Of a DNA stretch of 47,026 bases, positions 36,452 to 43,081 are shown piece after piece. How positions within the stretch are numbered: the first letter of the stretch is position 1; each line of letters begins with the position of its first letter. The notes under the pieces were generated by a model that saw only the letters and a program-made list of their open reading frames with translations, ran no database searches and was not told the DNA's origin. Position numbers and translations under genes: made by a program. The DNA is from an uncultured Acidobacteriota bacterium (GTDB lineage: Bacteria > Acidobacteriota > Terriglobia > JAIQFV01). Where the stretch lies: positions 1-47,026 of the forward strand of contig CAZIDA010000001.1 in NCBI GenBank assembly GCA_964537865.1. Direction: 5' to 3'.

Positions 36452-38281
36452 ATGCAACCGCGAACAATTCTCATTCTGACGATTGGCTATGGCGCCGGGC
36501 ATAGACGGGCGGCCAGGGCCGTCGTTCAGGCCTGCGAAAAACAAATTCCCGAATGCACGGCTCAGATTGTCGATGTCACTCCGCTTCTTCCCCGATGGCT
36601 GCGCTGGTTCATGATGGATCTTTATTTCTTTTTGCTGCGGCGCGCCCCGAGTCTTTGGCGGCGCATCGAGCGGGTGCAGCGCGATCAAGATCGCACGCTG
36701 CCGCTGTGGGTCGCTCGACTCGTGGCTCATCGGATTCATGAGAAGGTGAAGCAGGCGGAAGTTGCGGCCATGGTGTCGACCGAGGTCGGCGTGAATGAAA
36801 TCGTCGCCGTGCTGAAGCGTCGACGCTATCCGGAGGCGCCGCTGCTGGCCGTCATCACCGATTACGACGTCGATCGGGCTTGGAAGCGGGACGAGGTCAA
36901 CGCCTATGCCGTCGGATCGACGGAAGTGCGCGAGGAGTTGGCTGCCTTTGGCGTCGCCAGTGAAAACATTTTTGTGACCGGCATTCCCATCGACCAACGA
37001 TTTGTTCGTCCGCCGGAAGGACCTCCATCGCCTCGCTGGAAAGTCGGTGTTTCTCCAAGTCCCAAGATTCTCATAAGCGGAGGAGGCGAAGGCCTGCTCG
37101 ACGTGGAGCGGCTCCTACTCCAACTGGACGCCATTGCTCAAACGGGAACTGCAACTGTTCTGGTGGGAAGAAACCACCGACTTCATCGGGCCTTGTTGCA
37201 ATTTGATCGACTCACGCGACTCCAACTCCGAATTGAAGGATGGAGTTCCGACATGCCTCATCTTTTTATGACGCACGATCTGCTCGTGGCCAAGCCGGGG
37301 GGGATCACGCTCACGGAAGCGATGGCGGCGGGCCTGCCCATTCTGGCGTGTTATCCGCTGCCGGGCTCCGAAGAAAAACATTGCGCGCTGGTCGAGAAAT
37401 GGGGAATTGGGTTGTCGGCTCGAACGGATGAGGAGTTCGCGCAAAAAGCGCCGCAGCCTTTGAGGGATCAAATTCTGCGAAAGACGCTCTCTGAGAAAGC
37501 ACAGCAAACTTATCAAAGCCAGCACGGTCAATCTTTGGCCGCGGTGCTGCGGCGGTTGTTGAAATTGCCGATCGACCCGAATGAACAATTACGAAATGAA
37601 TTCAATCAGTGGGCGGAGGCCGGGCGGGGCGAGCAAATGGAGAAGCATCACGCCGGCATTGCGGAACCGGCGCTCGATCGCATGCGCATTCGGCTGGAGG
37701 ATACGGTTTTGGATTTGGGATGTGGTACGGGCTGGGCGGCCCGAAGGATGGCTCGCCGCGCCGTTCAAGGAACGGTGTGGGGGGTCGACATTTCGGGCCA
37801 CATGATCGCGCAGGCCGCCGCCCATCCGCAAAACCCCGCCCACTTGAAATTTCGAACGGCCTCTGTCGATGCTTTGCCGTTCTCTGAAAACTACTTTGAC
37901 AAAATCTTCTCCTGCGAATCTTTCTATTATTATCCGGACCTTCACCGGGCCGCTCAGCAAGTGCTCAGAGTGTTGAAGCCGGGTGGCAGTTTTTATTGTC
38001 TGGTGAACTTATTCAAAGAGAATCCGTACACCCATATCTGGGTCGACCTGCTGAAGGTGAAAGCGCATTTGCTGGGGGAGAAAGATTATCAGCGGCTTTT
38101 TTTTGAAGCGGGATTTGCCCGCGTTAAAACTTTTCGAATTCCCGACAAGAGTCCTCTCGACGAAGCCAACTTTAAGCCGGGATGGGGAATCGAAACCATC
38201 GACAATTTGAAAGACTTCAAGAAAATCGGCGCGTTATTGGTGGTGGCCTCCAAGGGGCTCAGCGAACCGCGGGCCCAATAA
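36452..38281 (+). CDS. fusion protein: MGDG-synthase/UgtP-like glycosyltransferase (GT28-like) plus class I SAM methyltransferase
   Basis: N-terminal ILILTIGYGAGHRRAARAV and LVAKPGGITLTEAMAAGLPIL (GT-B fold, MGDG synthase-like). C-terminal VLDLGCGTGWAARRMA ... LKPGGSFYCLV (methyltransferase motifs I and post-I). ATG 36452 is preferred over TTG 36446. Confidence 0.75.
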   Translation: MQPRTILILTIGYGAGHRRAARAVVQACEKQIPECTAQIVDVTPLLPRWLRWFMMDLYFFLLRRAPSLWRRIERVQRDQDRTLPLWVARLVAHRIHEKVKQAEVAAMVSTEVGVNEIVAVLKRRRYPEAPLLAVITDYDVDRAWKRDEVNAYAVGSTEVREELAAFGVASENIFVTGIPIDQRFVRPPEGPPSPRWKVGVSPSPKILISGGGEGLLDVERLLLQLDAIAQTGTATVLVGRNHRLHRALLQFDRLTRLQLRIEGWSSDMPHLFMTHDLLVAKPGGITLTEAMAAGLPILACYPLPGSEEKHCALVEKWGIGLSARTDEEFAQKAPQPLRDQILRKTLSEKAQQTYQSQHGQSLAAVLRRLLKLPIDPNEQLRNEFNQWAEAGRGEQMEKHHAGIAEPALDRMRIRLEDTVLDLGCGTGWAARRMARRAVQGTVWGVDISGHMIAQAAAHPQNPAHLKFRTASVDALPFSENYFDKIFSCESFYYYPDLHRAAQQVLRVLKPGGSFYCLVNLFKENPYTHIWVDLLKVKAHLLGEKDYQRLFFEAGFARVKTFRIPDKSPLDEANFKPGWGIETIDNLKDFKKIGALLVVASKGLSEPRAQ

Positions 38282-38385
38282 CGGATCGGCGTCCCATGGG
38301 CCAAGATTTACGCGCGACTCAAAGTCTGATATAAAGTGAAATCGCACGGACCGTGCTAATCGTCAATCTGCGTGTGGGAGATTCA

Positions 38386-39153
38386 ATGAAAGAGAAGAAA
38401 GTTACGACATCCAAAGCGGGAGAAGAGCGCAAGAAGTCCACGTGGTCGGAGTCCTTGTGGGAAAACGCCAAGTCGTTTGCCTTTGTGATTGCGGCGGTTC
38501 TTTTGATTCGCGCCGTGGTGGTGGAAGCGACGGTGGTTCCCACCGGATCGATGCAGAACACCATCTTGATCGGCGATCATCTTTTCCTCGACAAAATTTT
38601 GTACGGCCCGGAAATTCCGTTCACCGATATCCATCTGCCGGCCATCAAACACTACGAGCGCGGCGATGTGATCGCCTTCCGATATCCGGTGGATCCGAGC
38701 GTGGTGTTCGTGAAGCGCCTCATCGGAATGCCGGGCGACACCATTCAGATTAAACAAAAGCAACTTTATGTGAATGGGAAATTGGTGCATGAGCCTTGCG
38801 TGATTCACACCGATCCGCAAATTTATCCCGACAGCGAGTGGATTCCCCGCGAGGCCAGAATCCGAGACAACTTCGGACCGGTGACGGTTCCGCCCGATCA
38901 TTATTTCGCCTTGGGGGATAATCGCGACGAATCGCTCGACGGACGCTATTGGGGATTCGTTCCCAAGGCCAACATGGTCGGCGAGCCGATGTTTATCTAT
39001 TGGTCGTACAACGCGCCCACGTCGGTGTGGACCAGCACGGATCTTTCCGATCGCATCAGCGGCGACGTGAGTATCCTGGCGCACTTTTTCAGTCGGACTC
39101 GCTGGTCGAGGATTGGCAAGATCATCAAAAGCGATTGTGGGGAACCGAGATAG
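38386..39153 (+). CDS. lepB: signal peptidase I
   Basis: Catalytic Ser box VPTGSMQNT, Lys box VFVKRLIGMPGD, and GDNRDESLDGRYWGFV. ATG 38386 follows GGGAGA. Confidence 0.9.
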   Translation: MKEKKVTTSKAGEERKKSTWSESLWENAKSFAFVIAAVLLIRAVVVEATVVPTGSMQNTILIGDHLFLDKILYGPEIPFTDIHLPAIKHYERGDVIAFRYPVDPSVVFVKRLIGMPGDTIQIKQKQLYVNGKLVHEPCVIHTDPQIYPDSEWIPREARIRDNFGPVTVPPDHYFALGDNRDESLDGRYWGFVPKANMVGEPMFIYWSYNAPTSVWTSTDLSDRISGDVSILAHFFSRTRWSRIGKIIKSDCGEPR

Positions 39154-39170
39154 AGCGGAATATCGTGACA

Positions 39171-39257
39171 CACTTCTTCACGCGCACGCGTTGGTCCCGC
39201 ATCGGAACCATCATCCGCAATAATTCCGGAATGCCCGAATCAACCAATACCCGGTAG
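39171..39257 (+). pseudogene. relic second copy of the lepB 3' end
   Basis: It translates to HFFTRTRWSRIGTIIRNNSGMPESTNTR*, compared with the lepB C-terminus HFFSRTRWSRIGKIIKSDCGEPR* (39082..39153). It starts 18 nt after the lepB stop and has no upstream coding body. Confidence 0.5.
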
Positions 39258-39266
39258 GTTGGGTAG

Positions 39267-39293
39267 CCACGGTCAGTGTTCTTCTGACCGTGG
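39267..39293 (+). terminator. stem-loop after the lepB-tail relic (terminator-like, weak U tract)
   Basis: 10-bp perfect stem CCACGGTCAG / CTGACCGTGG with a 7-nt loop, followed by GAATTTGGG. Confidence 0.4.
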
Positions 39294-39582
39294 GAATTTG
39301 GGAAGTCTTTGGTTGAAATGTTGATCGGGTAGTCTGAACTGTTTCCCCCCAGCCCTCATTCTTAACTGGTCACGGTTGTTCTGGCTGGAGCGTTGCGTGC
39401 GGCGCCGGTCGGGGGTATATTTCTGAGAGTCGATGTGGTGACAAATGACCGTCGTCAAGATTCACCCGATGAAACTGGCGCCAAGACCTTGGGTCGAAGG
39501 ATACGTCCTTGATCGCCGCCGAGGTGCTGTTTAATGATGGCGGGGCTCGAAATGTTTACGCGCTCATTTTGACTCGCACAAA

Positions 39583-40164
39583 ATGACAACAACAAGCAAT
39601 GGAACAAAAGTATTCATCGCTGGATCACGACGTCTCTCGCGTTTGACTAACGACGTGAAACGCCGAATCGAGAATATCGTCGACAAGGGTTTCACGGTGA
39701 TTGTCGGGGACGCGAATGGCGCCGATAAGGCTGTGCAGCAGTATCTCAGCGGCCGGAACTACAACAACGTGGTGGTCTTCTGCATGGAAGGCGGCTGCCG
39801 AAACAACATTGGAGGCTGGCCAACGCGAACGATCAAGGCCGCAGACGCAGGACGGCGAAACTTTGCTTACTATTCCACTAAGGATCGGGCGATGGCCGAG
39901 GAAGCCGATTATGGGTTGATGCTTTGGGACGGTCAAAGCCGTGGCACACTCAGGGATGTCGTCGACCTCGTTCGGAAGGGCAAACCGGTCGTAGTTTACC
40001 TCGCTCCCAACAAGTCCTTTTACACGCTTCGGCTGCCCGTTGATCTCGCCGCAATGTTAGATCGCTTTGACCCGACTGCGCTTCATCGAATTGACCGCGA
40101 GTTAGAGGCGATCGCGATGAATGGCACACCGAGTCGCAAGGTCGACACCGCGCCGTTCTTTTAG
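39583..40164 (+). CDS. SLOG-superfamily (DprA/LOG-like Rossmann, DUF2493/YspA-like) protein
   Basis: 193 aa. Motifs KVFIAGSRRL, TVIVGDANGADKAVQQYL and MAEEADYGLMLWDGQSRGTLRDVVDLVRKGKPVVVY follow the pattern I associate with DUF2493/SLOG proteins. Recognised by eye only. Confidence 0.55.
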   Translation: MTTTSNGTKVFIAGSRRLSRLTNDVKRRIENIVDKGFTVIVGDANGADKAVQQYLSGRNYNNVVVFCMEGGCRNNIGGWPTRTIKAADAGRRNFAYYSTKDRAMAEEADYGLMLWDGQSRGTLRDVVDLVRKGKPVVVYLAPNKSFYTLRLPVDLAAMLDRFDPTALHRIDRELEAIAMNGTPSRKVDTAPFF

Positions 40165-40282
40165 TGGTCGCGGGTGGCGCGGGCACGACTTTTCGATGGA
40201 CAAGGATTAGTCTGTTATTAAGGGAATCGTTTTTTTTTGCCATCAAGCCGATACAGTAGCCAGAGCGAAGGGCTATGGGAAC

Positions 40283-40972
40283 GTGAAGCCAAGGATGCGC
40301 GTTTTTGCTTATGTGATCAGGACTGTGAGCCGCGGTTATAGGCTAACAGGTTGCGTCCCATGGGTTAGCCGCGAATTGGTTCTATTCGGGCCGTGTAAGA
40401 AGAGGATGCGCCCCGAGATTGGCGAAGACGATTATATCGTTGGAATCTCTCCTGCGGGTGTCGGGAAAAGTCGGCGAGTCTTGCTGTGGATGCGAGTAAA
40501 AGAGAGAATCACTTTTGGGGAAGCGTACCAGCGCGGAAAGAGTAACTCCCGTTTACGAGCAGCCCGAGGACATGCGATCCATATGAGGCCGAAGCGAGGT
40601 CTGGCTTTCCATCCAGGAGATGTAGGGAGTTACGAACACATCCCTGGTGCCCCTCATGGTGATGATTGGGCGAGCTATGTAGAGGGAAAGCGTGATGTGT
40701 TCTTAATCGGCGCTCCAGAGTCCTGGGTCGCAGAATCTCAGGCACCAGTTGTTGACGGAACTTTGTTGAAGCTTCTGAAGATCGGTGCAAGGTGGAAAGG
40801 GCATGCAACGATCGATAACCCGTTAACGGAAAATGCGAGAGGCAGGCATGCCAAGATCGGAGGGAAGACCGCGCGGCAGATCAGGGAGTGGATCGCGGAA
40901 CGAAGTCCCAGTGAGCGAGTTCAACAATCACACTCTCATACACGTTGTGGTAGAAAGTGTGACTGCGAATAG
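40283..40972 (+). CDS. Nmad2-like protein (nucleotide-modification-associated domain 2), tentative
   Basis: 229 aa. VFAYVIRTVSRGY..LVLFGPCKKRMRPEIGEDDYIVGISP..RRVLLWMRVKERITFGEAY and ..GKRDVFLIG.. resemble the Y.V.....F.P......L..CKP.IR.....GD.IVG.. pattern of Nmad2. The start could be GTG 40283 or ATG 40295. Confidence 0.45.
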   Translation: MKPRMRVFAYVIRTVSRGYRLTGCVPWVSRELVLFGPCKKRMRPEIGEDDYIVGISPAGVGKSRRVLLWMRVKERITFGEAYQRGKSNSRLRAARGHAIHMRPKRGLAFHPGDVGSYEHIPGAPHGDDWASYVEGKRDVFLIGAPESWVAESQAPVVDGTLLKLLKIGARWKGHATIDNPLTENARGRHAKIGGKTARQIREWIAERSPSERVQQSHSHTRCGRKCDCE

Positions 40973-41220
40973 CTGTGTAATCGGGCCACGGGTAGTGAAT
41001 GAAGTTGTTGCGCATATCCAATCCGGTCGACCTGCCTCCAGCGAAGAGCATGCTGCACAAGCCGAGGCGTTTTAGCAATCTCTTCTCTCGGCCATCTTTC
41101 TGACCGGCTGGAGCAACATCGCTTTTTAATATTTGTGGACGATTCCGTCCTCACATATAGTCCCCATGGATTGAATACCGGTGGTTGTTTGAGGACAACG
41201 CTGAATCAGTTAGCAAGGAA

Positions 41221-42201
41221 CTATTCAAATCGCCCGTTTTTAAACGCATCGACCCGCGTAAAGCAGTGGAGTTTGAACTCGTCGTGAATGTACGTGCTTC
41301 TCTGCCCGCAAAATAGTTCGATACCGGCGTCCTTGGTTGGCTTTTCCAACAAGAGCTTTCTTGCATCTTGATCTGCGCTTGGCATGCTGTAACCGATAAT
41401 GACGATTCTCCCAGACGATCGAAGGGCGTACCCAGCCTGAGCCCACAGACCGCCCCAAAACCCCTCCCATTCCCTCCCTCCAGACGTTTCTACGTAGAAA
41501 CGCTTATTTCGCGTGGGCGTTATGAGGGCAGGGAGTGCGGCAGCTCGATGAATTCCATGACACAGAGGATCACACAGTTCTTTGGAGTAGCCCAAGAACT
41601 CGAAGTCCAGTGGATAAAGGATGACAGGTCTATCCGGGAGCGAGTTGGGTCCTCCTTGAAAAAAACCGGTTCTCCCGCCGAAGATGGTACCCCACCAATT
41701 TGTGCTTCCGTGCAATTTGAGCACTTTCACCCTGGATGAAGGGATTGTGTCAATTCCAAGTGAAAAACCATAACCATCGCTGATCTCCCAGAGGCCTGCT
41801 TTTTTAAGAGAGCGCTCACAGGCTTGGTCATAGTTGAATGTGATGACAGTGTCGCCAGGGTGAATCCGCTCGTGTGCCAATCGATCATATAGAAGGGCTG
41901 GCCTTTGGCGCAGGGAAGTGAAGAATTCTGGAATACAAAACCTCACGGTGCCTCGTTTGCTTCCGACATCGCGAAACGTAGCGGCGCGTGAACCCGGTGG
42001 GCATTCATCGAGTTCTGTCAGAATTGATTCCAGATCTTCGAGGCCTCCGTAGACTTCATGCAACTCTTCAATGCAGTTGCGCCAAATGTAATCTTCTGGC
42101 TTGTTGTGCAATATCCAGTTGTACAGTTCTCTCCCTAACTCGCTGGCGAGTGGGTAACCTGCATGACGAGACGCCCCGGCACCAAGTATGTACGTAGTCA
42201 T
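41221..42201 (-). CDS. stand-alone SIR2-like (SIR2_2 type) protein, putative NADase effector
   Basis: 326 aa. N-terminal MTTYILGAGASRHAGYPLASEL (Rossmann GAGxS), ITFNYD (catalytic Asn region), KVLKLHGSTNW (catalytic His). It has no additional recognisable domain, and its GC looks lower than the flanks. Confidence 0.75.
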   Translation of the reverse strand: MTTYILGAGASRHAGYPLASELGRELYNWILHNKPEDYIWRNCIEELHEVYGGLEDLESILTELDECPPGSRAATFRDVGSKRGTVRFCIPEFFTSLRQRPALLYDRLAHERIHPGDTVITFNYDQACERSLKKAGLWEISDGYGFSLGIDTIPSSRVKVLKLHGSTNWWGTIFGGRTGFFQGGPNSLPDRPVILYPLDFEFLGYSKELCDPLCHGIHRAAALPALITPTRNKRFYVETSGGREWEGFWGGLWAQAGYALRSSGRIVIIGYSMPSADQDARKLLLEKPTKDAGIELFCGQRSTYIHDEFKLHCFTRVDAFKNGRFE

Positions 42202-42395
42202 TGGGCTACACCCTGCAAGTGGGACAAGCTGCGATGATCACGCATGCAGCACTTTGGAAGGTCAAACCACAGACATAATATGATGCCTGCACCACTTCTG
42301 CCCTCGGATTCACATATTTTCCCAATAACGCCGCATGACGGCGACTCGTCCAAGTTCCATCCAAAGACCCGTGCCCCGCGGAGCGCACTTCAGAA

Positions 42396-43064
42396 CTAAG
42401 CTCGTGACTTCACGATCGCTTCTTTTTGTCCGGTAGGACAGACGTCGAGGAGCGGGCATTCCAGACATTTCGGACCGCGGGCGGGGCAAACTCTTCGTCC
42501 GTGCCAGATGAGTTGATGGGAGAAACTGATCCAGCGTTCCTGCGGTAGAATCTTCATCAAATCTTGTTCGATCTTCTTTGGATCTTCTTGGCGCGTCAGT
42601 CCGAGGCGCTGCGAGAGCCGTTGAACATGCGTGTCGACAACCACGCCGCCGGCGATTCCGAAGGCCGTTCCCATCACCACGTTGGCGGTCTTGCGCGCCA
42701 CGCCCGGCAGCGTCAGCAATTCCTCCATGGTTCGAGGAACCTTTCCGCCGAATCGCTCCACGATCATCTTCGACGCGGCGCGAATGTTTTTCGCCTTGTT
42801 GCGAAAGAATCCGGTGGAGCGGATTTCTTTCTCAAGCGCCGGCTGCGAGACGCGCGCGAAATCCGCCGGCGTTTTGTATTTCTTGAAGAGAGTTTTTGTG
42901 ACGATGTTGACGCGCTCGTCCGTGCATTGCGCCGAAAGAATGGTGGCCACCAAAAGCTGAAACGGATTCGTGTGCAGCAACGCGCAGTCCGCGGCGGGAT
43001 ACATTTGATCGAGCCGTTTCAAGATGATTGCCAGTCGCTCCTTCTTGTCCATGGAGAGGGCCAC
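42396..43064 (-). CDS. nth: endonuclease III
   Basis: HhH-GPD motifs (LVATILSAQCTDERVN, LPGVARKTANVV) and C-terminal 4Fe-4S cysteines C..ARGPKCLECPLLDVC. Confidence 0.9.
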   Translation of the reverse strand: MALSMDKKERLAIILKRLDQMYPAADCALLHTNPFQLLVATILSAQCTDERVNIVTKTLFKKYKTPADFARVSQPALEKEIRSTGFFRNKAKNIRAASKMIVERFGGKVPRTMEELLTLPGVARKTANVVMGTAFGIAGGVVVDTHVQRLSQRLGLTRQEDPKKIEQDLMKILPQERWISFSHQLIWHGRRVCPARGPKCLECPLLDVCPTGQKEAIVKSRA

Positions 43065-43081
43065 CCTTTCACGATCAAAAT

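Noticed and set aside
35647-36997. Minus-strand ORFs 35647..36474 and 36119..36997
   Set aside because: They are antisense to the radical SAM gene and the glycosyltransferase fusion. They are Arg-rich shadow frames without motifs.
41462-41481. CCATTCCCTCCCTCCAG resembles the tRNA-Leu 3' end (CAATTCCCTCCTCCTGCACCA), a possible att repeat
   Set aside because: The match is short and imperfect, lies inside the SIR2 coding sequence, and lacks the acceptor/CCA part. It is probably chance.
42206-42388. 60-aa minus-strand ORF between nth and the SIR2 gene
   Set aside because: It has a GTG start with no RBS and an unremarkable composition. It more likely occupies the SIR2 promoter region. It is kept only as a remote possibility for a small Cys-containing peptide.
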